Origin: Selaginella moellendorffii
Lineage: Eukaryota; Plantae; Lycopodiophyta
DNA length: 64,000 nt
Direction of reading: 5' to 3'
NCBI RefSeq assembly: GCF_000143415.4
Contig: NW_003314345.1
Location: 204,574 to 268,573 of the forward strand
Shown: in pieces, positions 34,601 through 46,891 of the stretch
How the letters are laid out: the number at the start of each line of letters is the position of its first letter
How positions within the stretch are numbered: the stretch's first letter is position 1
Made by a program: the position numbers and the translations under genes
The notes under the pieces: generated by a model
Seen by the model: the letters and a program-made list of their open reading frames with translations, nothing else
The model's database searches: none
What the model was told of the DNA's origin: nothing

Positions 34601-36441
34601 TGAATCCTATGTTTACCAATTATGATGATCTTGGTGGTTCCTACACTATTATACTGGTTTATCGGATGATAATTTGCTTAGAATACTTTTGTGTTCTACT
34701 CTAAGATATAATCACTGATAATTAAACTTCTAAGATATCATTGTCTTTGACTTTGATATTGTCCATCTATTGATCTTTGAGTTTGGGCCAGTATAGGCAG
34801 ACTGGCTTCGGCACTTTGTGTGCATGTTGAAATCTTTAGTCATGGGGTAGTTACTGTCGACTGGTCACATCACCTGCCTCTCTGTCGATGTTCCTTATTC
34901 CGTTAAAAGGGCATGACCATGTAAACAACTCTAACTGCCTGTTTACAGTAGTCTATTTAAACCTTACCGACAGGTTTGGTTTCTTTGCTTAGGAGGGTTG
35001 GGGCCTTTGGCTTCTCTCTCTATGTCCCTGCAGGCAGGGGCGTATCACACTTTTGTAAGCTAGGTGACTCCTAGAGCAGCAAGGGTGGCTGACTCCGTTA
35101 GTCATTTCCTTGTCGGCGACGGCCGGAAGGTGTCTGAGCTGGTAGCGCATCTGCGTTAGACAAAGAGGTTGCCTCCTAACTCATTTAAGTTGGTGCATTT
35201 CTCACATAGTGTGAGTACCGTGAACTTTTTCTGGAGTTGTTTCTTTGGCAGTATTCTAGACTCGAGTGTGTATCGACGAGGATGTCGATCTTCCCTAGGG
35301 GGGGAGAGTGTCTCGAATGTGACTTCGGGTATCGAAAGTTACCTGTCGGACACTCTTACCTTACTGCCACGATGGCAGGAGGTCGGTATTGCTGCACCCG
35401 TTATCAGTCTCCGCCTAAGCTAGTTGAGAAACTGGTCCTCGTGTGTGCACTTGACCAGATGAGCATAAGGAAGGAATTCCTAAGTGTTTATTTAATCAAG
35501 CATACTTGACCTAGTTAGAGAAATTCATTTGTTGACTTGCACTTGCTAGTGTTGGGAACCCCCGCGATATTGAGCTTGGTCCCTCAATATTTGCTAGATG
35601 ATAGTTTACCGTGTCTACCAAACACCCTCACTATCATGCCTTTGGTGTTAGTCTCATTTCGGTCCCAAATGCTATTTATGGAAAGTGTCCTGATTTGCTC
35701 ATTTGGCATATCTACAGAATGTAGAGATCGTCCTGAACACAATGGTGTTCGTCCCGTGTCCAAATTCGCAATCTAGGGACATTCCATATTTAGTAAGTTT
35801 CGAGCTTGTCCCAGAGACTAACTCCTGATACTAAGGGAGGCTTGGGGTGAAAGCCCAAAACGTGTGTTCCTCAAGGGGGGGGGGGGGCTGTGGGGGGTTC
35901 CAAATGTATAGTAGGGATAGTGGGTAGGTCGGGCATGGCCGACCAACTTGAGGCATAGTCTAGCTCCCACTTGTGTGCCTGTCTTTGTTCTGCGTCCGGC
36001 TTGGGTCTAAGCCCAAGTTCCATTCTATGCTAACTGGTGGAATACCCATATCCTCGCGTTAGGCCACCGGTATGCCGAAATAGTGCCAGACTCTGTTTGG
36101 CTCCGTTTTGCGTGCTGGTCCTGGCATTGGGATGCTGGTTGCTCCAGGACTGTTCCAAGTTGCTCCGGGCTCTTACTCCTTCGCTCCTTGGGCTTTTTGC
36201 TTGGGAGTTGCTCTATGGTTCGGTTCCATCACTTGGCTCCATGCTTGGGAGTTTGGTACCGTTCTTTTGTTCAGTGGCCCAAGGCCCTGAACCTCAGGTT
36301 CCTATGGACACGTGGCATGGACACGTGGCATGTGACATGTGGCATCTGTCACGTGGCACAAAGAGGGTTTAGGTTCCGCTTTGTGGTGTTATCCTATGGT
36401 AAATCACCATAGGATAAAGGGTCAAAACCACGTGCACTACA
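31650..36441 (+). mobile_element. LTR-A element, 3' part: internal region, PPT (35297-35308), 3' LTR 35309-36441
   Basis: A purine run (AGGGGGGGAGAG) directly precedes TGTCTCGAATGTGAC. The LTR ends GTGCACTACA and is highly similar to 42977-44106. Confidence 0.88.
36306..36358 (+). promoter_or_regulatory. Cluster of four G-box/ABRE-like motifs (CACGTGGC, one degenerate) in LTR-A
   Basis: GGACACGTGGCATGGACACGTGGCATGTGACATGTGGCATCTGTCACGTGGCA, repeated at 43987-44040. Confidence 0.6.
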
Positions 36442-39400
36442 GGCCTTCCCTTTCACAAATTTAACACTTTGGGAGCTGAAATTTGCATTCCAAATATATA
36501 TGTCCTTCGTTTTCACACTTTGTACACCACACTCCTTCTTTGAGTTCAGTTTGTGAGATTTTCCTGATTATATCTTTCAAGTCTTGGTCTTTTGGTGTTT
36601 TCTTCTTTGTCTTAATGTGTATTTCTTCCTCTTCTTCATCATCTAAACTATCATCGATTTGTGAAGGTATAGCTTTTGTGAATTGCTTGAATCGCTTTTC
36701 CAATATAAGGATTTCTTTGGAGAGTGTATCAACACTTTCATCATTTGGATTCTTTGTTGCAGCAGCAATTGCTACCATATTTCTATAGATTTCTTTGAGT
36801 CCTTGGATATAGGACAAGCTCTTTCCTTTATCTGTTATCAAATCCTTGCAACGCTTTGCATGAAACTTAAATCTTCAAGTGTAATCTTGAATTCCTTCAC
36901 ATGGTTTTTGTTTGAAGTTTTTGATGATCTCATAGTGTTCTTCTAGAGTTCCACCGGTCTATAATTGCTCTTTGAATTGTGTGACCTTTTCGTCATGGGT
37001 CAAAGCATCATTGAGTGTATTATGCCAATCAAGTGCTTTTCCTTTAAGTGTGTATGGGAAAAGTATTTCTCAATGCATTTCCTGTTTATTCATCTTTACA
37101 ATTTGATCAAATTGTTTAAGATGCTGGTTCACATCTTCAGTTTTTCCACCAATAAAAATGGGATAGGAAATCATGTTCCCTATGGCTGTCGCTAGGTTGA
37201 TGATTGCCATTTGAAGTTGTAGACTTTGTTGGTTGAGTTGTTGTTCTAGTGAGTCTGGATTTGTGTAAAACTCTAGTGCTATGTATTCTGCTTCTTCAAA
37301 TGCCTCAAACTTTGGGGTGTCTTCAATATTTAATTCTTTGTTATCTTTGGCTGGGTTGCTTGACTTGGCAACTTGAATTTGTTTATCCTCTTTGTCGTAC
37401 TTCTCTAATATCGTTTCTAAAATTTGTTGCTATTGTTGTTCTAATTTCTCTTTTTCTATCCCTTCCTTTTTCACTTCTCGATTCTTTTGTTGAAGATCTC
37501 TTTCCCAGATCTTGATTGAGTCTGGTTTGTGTTTGTACATTTAGTTTACTAAATCTTCTCAACTTGAATGTTGAGATAAGTTTCCTGAATTTGTGTTTTG
37601 CCTAAGTTGTCTTGGGTCAAATGTTGTTCTTCATAGATCGCAAAGTCAAGCTCTTGTGTCTTGAGTCTTTTACAAGTTTAGTTTTGTTGTATAAATGCGG
37701 AGTCAAGCTCTTGTGTCTTGAGTCTTCTGCAAGTTTGGTTTTGTTGTATAAATGCAGAGTCAAGCTCTTGTATCTTGAGTCTTCTGCAAGTTTGGTTTTG
37801 TTGTATAAATGCGAAGTCAAACTCTTGTGTCTTGAGTCTTTAATTGAGTTTTTCTTTCTCGATTCTTCCCAAGTTTCTTCTCAAGGTCACTTTCCTGAGT
37901 CTAGCTTAGGAAAGGTCTTGTATTTGAAAAATTTGGTGGTGTAAATAAGTACAATTTTGTTTGTTGGAAGGAGGTCGATTGTGTCATAAATTGATCAATA
38001 TAGTTGTTCACTAGTAATATTGGATACTGATTGCCAACTTTGGGTTCGAGTAGGTATGCAAACGATTGCAACTCTCTTTAGTAGTCCAATCTTGAATAAT
38101 TGTTTTGATCTCTTACAATGTGTTAGTCGTATTGGAATGCGAGCTCTCACTATAAGCTTTTGTGTTTCCCAGTGGATGGTAATATTTGAAAATGCTGAAT
38201 ATAGTAGTGGTTGTATTTTTAATGTCCTAATTCTTGTATGTTTCTTGTCTCAAATGATGTCCACACGTCAAAGTATGGATTCCAATAGATTCTTGTTGCT
38301 TTAAGCCTATGTGTGCATGGATCTATTCAGCACGTTTTTCTTTATGGTCGATTTCGTGATAGTGCATTTCCCTGATGCCATACTTGCCAGTGTTGTTCTA
38401 CTTCCCTCTGTCATATAGCACATTCTCTTTCACGATCAGAGTCAATTGCTTTGTGAACTTCCCAAGGGATAATCTCAATTAATATTCTTGCATTATAAGT
38501 TTGAAAACTTGACACAGGATCTCCTAAAATACTCCTTAAAATGTTGAGATTGTTTGGATGCACTCTTCCTTCTTGGTTGTGAGTGATATGTATCTCTAAG
38601 CTGGTTTCAACATTGGACCTTAATGTCAAAGTTGAAGTTTGTTACTGTATTTAATCTTGGCCCATTGTGATTCTGTCTTAAATTTGCCCTCCTTCAACTT
38701 GTAATCCTTGAGCTTTCAAGTCATTCCCTTGAACTTAACTCAAGTTCATGTTCCCGTCGGTTTCTTGAACTTGAATTCCCAATTCAAATTTATTGATTGC
38801 CTTGTCCTTGATTGTCCAGCTATTCTCATCCGTCCTAAATGGTGCCAATATGCTATAGTATATAGTTCAATAAGAGTGCTTGTTGGTAGCATTACATGAA
38901 GAGGACTTTGAAGAAGTCGGTAAAGTAATTCTGCATTCTCTTCAAAATTTGTAAATCTAAGAGTGTCCACAAACCAACGAACTTGTGGTTCAAAGGTTCT
39001 ACACTCTATTACTGCTATGACTCTCATCAAATCAGTGTTGAAAACAAGTGTTAATAGTTGAAAACTTTCATGTTTATATATGCCTAAGAATTTGATAATT
39101 GTTTGTTGAAAGATGTGTCCACGATACACCCAAGTTAGGGCTCTTGGAGTTGTAAAGAAATCGAAGTAAATATATTTTTCTTTCAACATTTCCTTTTTTC
39201 GCATTCTTCCTATTTGCTAATCAATTTGTAAAAGAGTCGCAAAATTGTTTCTTGGAGTTTTAGAAACTAAAGCTTTGTTTCTCTTCTTGTTCTAAACTAT
39301 TATCACTCTTTTTGGTGTTGTTTTCTTGGGTTATTTCTTTTTGTTCCTTTCTCTCTTCCATTGTGGCATTTTCATCCTTAATTCGGAGTTTTACTTTTAC

Positions 39401-39650
39401 TTGCTTGCAAGTGTTGCATTGCCATTTTGGATAGCATTGCTTGTATGGTTTTGCACAATTTCTAAAACCACACAAAAGGCAGTCTTTGTATCTTGTACAG
39501 TTTGTGTCTCTAAATGGGTGTGCTTTTTCATTCTTCTTCCATCTCCAGTCGCTAGAATTTTTCCTTGGTCATTTCTTTGTCATAAATTCTTGGAATATTC
39601 ACTTTCTTCAACCTCTTGCCAAAAATAGTTATGCATAGAGGTAGGCTCAT
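36442..39650 (-). mobile_element. Decayed Ty3/Gypsy gag with long N-terminal coding extension
   Basis: LFPYTLKGKALDWH...FKQKPCEGIQDY..RF...YIQGL (retrotransposon gag) and CTKCENEGHIYLEC (CCHC knuckle). Cut by the LTR-A 3' LTR. Confidence 0.8.
37645..37840. repeat. 57-bp tandem repeat, about 3.4 copies
   Basis: GTCAAGCTCTTGTGTCTTGAGTC... starts at 37645, 37702, 37759 and 37816. Confidence 0.92.
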
Positions 39651-42600
39651 GGAGCCGATAGTGTGGAAACACCGAATGTGCCAAGATGTGCTGCCTTGAG
39701 GTCAAGTTAGTGGGTTTATGAGAACCCCTTCCAAAGGAATCCCAAAGGAAATGGGAATGGCAAGCTGGAAAGCATGCGGTTAAAGTGTGGTGTGATGGAG
39801 GTGTGGAAGCACCAGCAATGAGTTGTAGGACTTGACAACTATGAGGCAACTAAGCAAAAGGTGCAAAATAATTGGTAGAAGGTAACTACCTAAGACTTCT
39901 TATTGGGATAAAAAAGTTAGATATACCGTTATGGGGGAGAAACTGCTTATGTTGCGACATAGTAAGTCAATGTTGTAAAGGGAATGCTCATTGCAAAGAA
40001 GGCCATCATTGGGACACCCAAACACTCTAAAACACTAGAAAGTTGTGTTTGGTGTTGCGAGGGCATTAGATAAGGCCCAAGGGACTAAATCCCTAGTGAA
40101 TGATGGATAGGAGGTGCTATCCAAACGTCCAAGGTTCTGGAGACAGGAGAAATCCGTTTACCTGATTTAGACAAAGCTAAAAATAGGATTTTGGCAAGGT
40201 TGGTGATGGGCATATAAAGGCCCATAAGTAGCAATGTTAATCCCGGTGTGTGGGATTATAAGGTGAGTATGCCCAAATTGAGGAACCACTCCCTAAGCTA
40301 TCAGGTAGGTTCATCCCTATGAATACTTATTAAGGCATAGTAGAAGGTGCAAAGCTATCCTCCTAGTCTGGAGGAGAATAACCAAAAGAAATATATAAAG
40401 CCAAAAGGCAAGTAATATTGGGATGGAACTGAACCATAGAAATCGAAGGGCATAACCGATGGTGGTTATGCAAGTTGGGAGTGGAGAATCAAAAGGGTGT
40501 TCGAGGATGTTGTTACTAGCAACCATGATGCCATGGAGAGTCTAAAATGTGGAATTATCCATGTTAGACCATATGGTGAGTAGGAAGCTTCCAAAGGAGA
40601 AGCCTTAGCAAGCTAAGGAACAAAGTTCCTTGAAGGTTCCCAAAGACAATTCTAGGTAGATAAATACCTAGAAAGCCAAGTGTGAATGGTTCCTAGAGCT
40701 TGCGAAATCAAAGTGGCACAACAAAAGCGTTGTCTTGGAACTGGCTATAAGGCGAGGCTATCAAGGTTGGGGAAGTAATTCCCAAGTGTTCAAAGAAAGG
40801 GCTTTGAATGAAAGTCGATGGTTAAGGACTTTCATGTTTATGCATGAACCATGTTACGGTGGCCGAATGACTTGCTAAGTGAGATTGGCAAGTTAGGGGA
40901 ACAAATCCTCTAATCGAAGGTGCTAACTTCAAAAGGGGTGGCCCATAGGGCTGAGTATGGAGGAGTCCATGCATGATCATAGATTTGCCAGGTGAGAGGA
41001 TTTAGTAGTGCGGAGGAACTAGGTTCCTAAGCTGTTATCTATAGCATGCTTTAAGTACATGTAGGTGCACCGGCATGGGGAGTCACGCCAGGCATCCTGT
41101 GCGATACCATCTGTAGATGCATATACGAAGGTTGGGTTCGAGTCCTGACCCTCTAGTGCTTGGGTTTAAGTCCCAAATCACTAGGGCGTGGTGATGGTTT
41201 GGAATATGAAGACACTCATTTTTCAGTAGTCATGGACTCTCAGTGAGGAGACTGGTTTGGGCACACTGCCAAGCGAGGGATGCCTTGGAGTTGTGATGCA
41301 CAGTTAAATTGTTTAGTGTGGCTCGGCATATCTAATTTTAACATCTTAGTGCGAGTGGCACCAAGGATGTAGTGAATGAGATGGGGACACCTAATCTCAG
41401 TTGCTATGGACCCTTGGCCGTAAAGGTTAGCTTGGGTGCACCGCCAAGTGTGGGGGATGCCCCCGGGGTCATGGTCAACAACTTGAAGGTCTAGAAGACC
41501 AAGTACCTCTTGGCAACTCTGATAAGGTGCCAAGGTGAGATCACTAGGTGATCTTGTGGCTAAATAAGGACAAGGTCTTTGGTTGACTAAGGAATGAAGT
41601 TCTTGGTTCAAAGTGTTGATTTGAACTATTTATGATGGTGGTGTTTGGTCAAGATGACCAAGTGGGAAGAGCACCTAAGAGAAATAAGCTGTGTCCATGC
41701 AATGGCATAGTGAATCTGAGGAAAATAGTCTTTATAAGAGACCTATGGGAGGGTCACTAAATTGAGCTATGAATAAAGCCATAGCAGGAAATGATAAAGA
41801 GACATACTAGGGGTAAAAGCCCTTTGGACTTAGTAAGCAAAGTCTTTGCTATAAAACCGAAAGGATACTTCAAGAATGAAGGTAGCGATCCGATGTTGCT
41901 AGGTGCAACAATCAAGGATAGGAGCAAAAGACTAGTGGTTAAGAAAGGAGCCATGGGAATCATAGGAAAGAATCCAAAATGCAAAATTAAGCCAAGAATA
42001 CTAATGTGTTGGGTGCTAATGAATTGTGGGAAAGGCGATGTGTTTCTAAGGATGGATTCCCAATTGCTCCGATTTAGCGAAAGTGGAAGCTCCAAGATAG
42101 GGAGCAGTAAAGTAGCTAAATGATAGGGATGTGGACAACCCTAGCATGAATTAGGATAACTGAAACTTAGTGCCAAAGGTCACACAAAATGGGAAAGAGA
42201 ATGATAGTGCCCTCAAATAAAGAACTTCCAAAGATGGGGAAGTGGAATTGCATAATATATGCAATGCAAGGTGTCGAAGACACTTAGGAAATTGACTCTG
42301 ACAAGTCAAATTTAAAAGTTCTAGAGTGCAAGTTTATATCAATAGGAACTGAGGCTACTTAAGAGTGAGTAGTGGGATTGAGATAGAGGAAGTGCCTCTA
42401 ATGGGTTTAGAAATAACTAAACCAATGAAAGGAAAAGAACCACCATAGGTGGTCGATCAAGTCTTTATGTCAGAGAAGCTATGTGCCTTAGAGGATGGAG
42501 AAGGCATAGTGAGCCTTCAGTGTCATACCATTGATGAATATTGGCTAAATGCTAAGGATGGAAACGGTAATACATGTTAGTGTTACTTTATAAAAATGGT

Positions 42601-45320
42601 TTACCGTTCGATGAGGACATCGAACTTCGTCTATGGGTGGTGGAGTTGTGAGACACAAAATCCCTAGGCCCCAAAGTGGAGACAAAAGGGTGCCATGTGG
42701 TAGTGGCCAAAGTGAAAGCCAAACGAACGTAACACGTTTGGACTAAAATCTCTGACTTGAAAGGTCGAGAGCGGGAGTGAAACTCCCAACAAAGTGCTCA
42801 AAGAACAAGCACAAAGCAAGCAATAAGTGAGTCTCTAGAAAAGGAGTCCGAGATGGACCTGAGATGGAGTCCAAGATGGAGTCCGAGATGGACCCGAGAT
42901 GGAGTCCGAGATGGACTTGAGATGGAGTCCGAGATGGACTTGAGATGGAGTCTGAGATGGAGTCTGAGATGGAGTCTGTCACGAATGTGACTTCGGGTAT
43001 CGAAAGTTACCTGTCGACCAGTCCTTACGGACACTCTTACCTTACTGCCACGATGGCAGGAGGTCGATATTGCTGGACCCTTTATCAGTCCCTTTGGTGC
43101 TAGTGGAGTTAACTGGGCATTTCGAGTGTACTTAGACCGGACGAACATAAGGACGGAATTCCTACGTGTTATTAGCTAAGCATACTTAGCCCGGTAAGGA
43201 GTTCCCGTCTCGTTTTGTCTTGCACTTGCTAGTGACAAGAACCCTCGCATATTGAGATTGGTCCCTCAATATTGCTACATGATAGCTTACCGTGTTTGCC
43301 AAACACCCTCGCTATCATGCCCTTTGTGTTAGTCTCATTTCGGTCCCAAATGCTATTTATGGAAAGTGTCCTGATTTGCTCATTTGGCATATCTACAGAA
43401 TGTAGAGATCGTTCTGAACACAATGGTGTTCGTCCCGTGTCCAAATTTGCAATCTAGGGACATTCCATATTTAGTAAGTTTCGAGCTTGTCCTAAAGACT
43501 AACTCCTGATACTAAGGGAGGCTTGGGGTGAAAGCCCAAAGCGTGTGTTCTTCAAGGGGGGGGGGGCTATAAGGGGTTCTAAATGTATAGTAGGGATAGT
43601 GGGTAGGTCGGGCATGGCCGACCAACTTGAGGCATAGTCTAGCTCCCGCTTGTGTGCCTGTCCTTATTTTGCATCCGGCTTGGGTCTAAGCCCAAGTTCC
43701 ATTCCATGCTAGTTGGTGGAGTACCCATATCCTTGCGTTAGGCCACCGGTATGCCGAAATAGCACCAGACTCTGTTTGGCTCCGTTTTGCGTGCTGGTCC
43801 TGGCATTGGGATGCTGGTTGCTCCAGGACTGTTCCAAGTCGCTCTGGGCTCCTATCCCTTCGCTCATTGGGCTTTATGCTCGGGAGTTGCTCCGTGGTTC
43901 GGTTCCGTCATTCCTTGGCTCCATGCTTGGGAGTTTGGCACCGTTCCTTCGTTCAGTGGCCCAAGGCCCTGAACCTCAGGTTCCTATGGACACGTGGCAT
44001 GGACATGTGGCATATGACACGTGGCATCTGTCACGTGGCACAAAGAGGTTTAGAGGTCCTATGGTAAATCATCATAGGATAAAGGGTCAAAACCACGTGC
44101 GCTACAGAGTCCGAGATGGAGTCCGAGATGGACCTGAGATGGAGTCCAAAATGGAGTCTGAGATGGAATCCGAGATGAAGTTCAAGATGGACCTGAGATG
44201 GAGTCCGAGATGGAGTCTGAGATGGAATCCAAGATGGAGTCCGAGAAGGACCCGAGATGGAGTCTGAAGTTGAGATCGAGACCGAGACTAGGACCGAGAC
44301 CGGGACCAAGACCGAGACCGGGACCAAGACCAAGACCGAGACCAAGATCGAGGCCAAGGCCGAGACCGAGCCCAAGCCCGAGTCTGAGTCCGAGTCCGAG
44401 TCTGAGTCCAAGTCTGAGAGGGTGAAAGCCCAAAGCGTTCATCTCCCAGACCCTAGGGGGTTTGGTGAGCTTCAAAAGTATAGTAGGGAGAGGACTCCAG
44501 TGGAGCCAGTTTGGCCAGGAAAGGCCAGTTTGTCCCAGGAAGGCTATACCCAGGTTTGGTGAACTCCAAAAATATAGTAGGGGGAGGACTCCAGTTGAGC
44601 CAATTTGGCCAGGAAAGGCTAGTTTGTCCCAGGAAAGCTATACCCAGGTGTTGGGTGATAGGATAACCACTGGGAAGTCCAAAGCTAGAGTGAATACGGA
44701 CCGACAAGTGGGGTAGCTTGGTGAAGTGTTCAAGAGCTAGCTCTAGTTCCCCCGGGAGATCGAATGGTCGATGCTCCCAGTCCAAGTGTGGGTGGCACTA
44801 CCTACTTGGATACCTAGCATAACTCAATGGAACCTCGCTCTAAGCCCATGGTTAAAGCACCCAAAGGTGGAAGGTGAGGAGAGTACCCATGAGGCTCGCG
44901 TAGGGCCACGGTGTTCCGAAATGTTGTCCCAAAGGCCTAGACTGTGAAAAGGAAGAGGAGTAGTCGTCTGATGTAGTGATCAAGGATATAGTCGGGTGGT
45001 GAGGAAGTCCCAAAGGACCGTGGGACTTAGTGGTCGAGCCTGTGGGCCTCGATCCAGTGGCAGTGTTGGCGAATATGGCCATGGGCAGCAAAGGACTTGG
45101 TGGGGACCAGAAAAGGGATATTGAGGAAGGCTATTCCCCATATCTGTGGGCATCCTATGGATGCTAAGGAGTGGATCTGGGATGATCACTCATGGACGGA
45201 TGGCTCAGTCTTTGGGAGACGAGACTGTGATGTAAGTGGTGTCAGACCACCAGTGTGACCAAAGTGACTGGGCATGGCCTTAGCGTAACGGGCTAATATG
45301 TCGATGGTACCTTGGAGACA
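39650..45320 (+). mobile_element. LTR-C element, 3' part: ~3 kb internal region, PPT-like tract, 3' LTR from 42647 (interrupted by a solo LTR-A, truncated near 45320)
   Basis: GAGGACATCGA...GGGTGGTGGAGT precedes TGTGAGACAC. The LTR is colinear with 54942-56810 and contains GAGATGGAGTCC 12-mer and GAGACC 6-mer arrays. Confidence 0.7.
42977..44106 (+). mobile_element. Solo LTR-A (1130 bp) with TSD GAGTC
   Basis: TG...CA termini; GAGTC at 42972-42976 and 44107-44111. Sits inside a 12-bp tandem array. Confidence 0.93.
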
Positions 45321-45535
45321 AGTTGGTGGATAAAGGGTATGTTAGGTTAATCAAGTTGTTATATGGGGCACTAATGTTATTTGTGAAAAAGAAAGATGGA
45401 CCTATACGCATGTGTATAGACTACCGGTTACTAAACAAGTATATAGAAAAGAACAAATACCCTTTACCAAGGATTGAAGACTTGTTCGATAGGATGGGAA
45501 AGGCAAAATACTTCTCGAGGATTGACCTAAGGTCA
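45320..45535 (+). mobile_element. Ty3/Gypsy reverse transcriptase fragment
   Basis: [21 protein letters not shown]...[13 protein letters not shown]...YFSRIDLRS. Confidence 0.85.
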
Positions 45536-45598
45536 TGGAGAAAGAGGAAAAAGGCAAGCTCAGAAGTTCAAGCTTAGGAATACAAATTTGAGAGGTTC

Positions 45599-45792
45599 TG
45601 TAAGTGACTAAATTTTCCAATCTACTTTAGTCACTTAACCACACCTTTCACCACTTGGAGGAGTCCCACTCACAACCTCTGTAAATCCTAGTTTGGACTT
45701 AGGGACTTGCTAGCCCCAAAGATGGCATCCATGCCATTCAACCATTGCACTTGGTCCAAGTGCTCCACATGTCCAATCTCATAACCGACACC
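45599..45792 (-). mobile_element. LTR-C terminal fragment
   Basis: TGTAAGTGACTAAATTTTCC, colinear with 31044 onwards. Confidence 0.75.
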
Positions 45793-46891
45793 AGTTAGCA
45801 CTTGAGCTCCTTGCGTTTCTTTTCGTTCAAACAATAGGGGGGACAAACCATAGCCTTAGCATCTTTGACCAGCTCAATTTTATATTTTATCAGTCATGAA
45901 GGGGGTAACACTAGCTCCTCCAGCATGGTATCTTGGAATTGGTCCAACACTTACTAGATCACTAAAGTTACTTCTTTTGTTCCCATCTTTTTATCACTCC
46001 TCACCGAGAATAAGTATAAAAATGTTGCCTTGGTTCCTTTAGTGAGTTTTCCTCTTGTGAACATCAGGTTCAAATAGGAGTCGTTGGCCTTACATTGCCC
46101 TACCTTTAAATCCTAAGCCTCCACCCTGGATTGTTCTCCCTGAGCATTTGCCAGTACCACAAGGTTTCTACCTTGTCCATGCAAGGCTACTACGAACTGA
46201 TTGAACCAATCCATCCCGAAGATTATATCAAATCCCGCTATGTCCAACACGGTGAAATCCATGTCTACTTTCCATGTCCCTACTTCGACTCTTGCTTGTT
46301 GAAGTACCTCATTGGTGCTTTGGCTACCTTGAACAATCCTTGGTTCCTCAGCCTCTACACTGTTAGTCCGGCTCACCGGACTATGTCTGCACCCACAAAA
46401 TTATTTGAAGCACCCATGTCAATAAAGATCTTAACAAAGCTACCTTTGAGTTTCCCTTGGAGGGGTAGTAAATGTCGCGAACGACTCTTTAACAAGGTTG
46501 CTCATGTAATGAGTAACTTTGAGCTAAGGACTGGATCATGTACCTCAATTTGGTTTTTATCCGACTTAATGGCCATATTGACTCTGACCTTCTTCAGGTA
46601 GGGACATTCCCTTGAAAAATGTCCCACTTCACCACAGTTGAAGTATATATTGTTTCCCATGCTACTAGTAGAGTTGACATGATTATCCATGAGTTTGTCC
46701 CTCTTTGCTTGACTCCCCCATGTACTTGCTCTTTGGCCACCAGATCTGCCTTATTGAAACTCTAAGGACTCGTTTTTAGAAAAACTCTTCTTGAATTTTC
46801 CTTTGCCATATGTTTCCCTTGGTTTGGCCCCTTTGCTAAATGTAGACCCTGACTCCATTATGTTCGCCTTTCACATGTTATCATTGAAATG

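Noticed and set aside
35825-35870. Hammerhead ribozyme (retrozyme) in LTR-A suggested by CTGAT...GAAA
   Set aside because: The core reads CTGATAC, not CTGANGA, and GAAA closes its own hairpin rather than following stem II.
37645-37840. CRISPR-like array
   Set aside because: Head-to-tail tandem units with no unique spacers, in a eukaryotic retroelement.
35309-44106. Two similar same-orientation LTR-A copies as the ends of one intact 8.8-kb element
   Set aside because: The left copy is preceded by a PPT (so it is a 3' LTR) and has no PBS after it. The right copy has its own GAGTC TSD, so it is an independent solo LTR.
44031-44562. ORFs such as MDSDSDS..., LGLGLG..., ESEMESE... (also 53542-53769, 55700-56150, 63441-63714)
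   Set aside because: They are translations of 6/12-bp LTR tandem arrays that lack stop codons.
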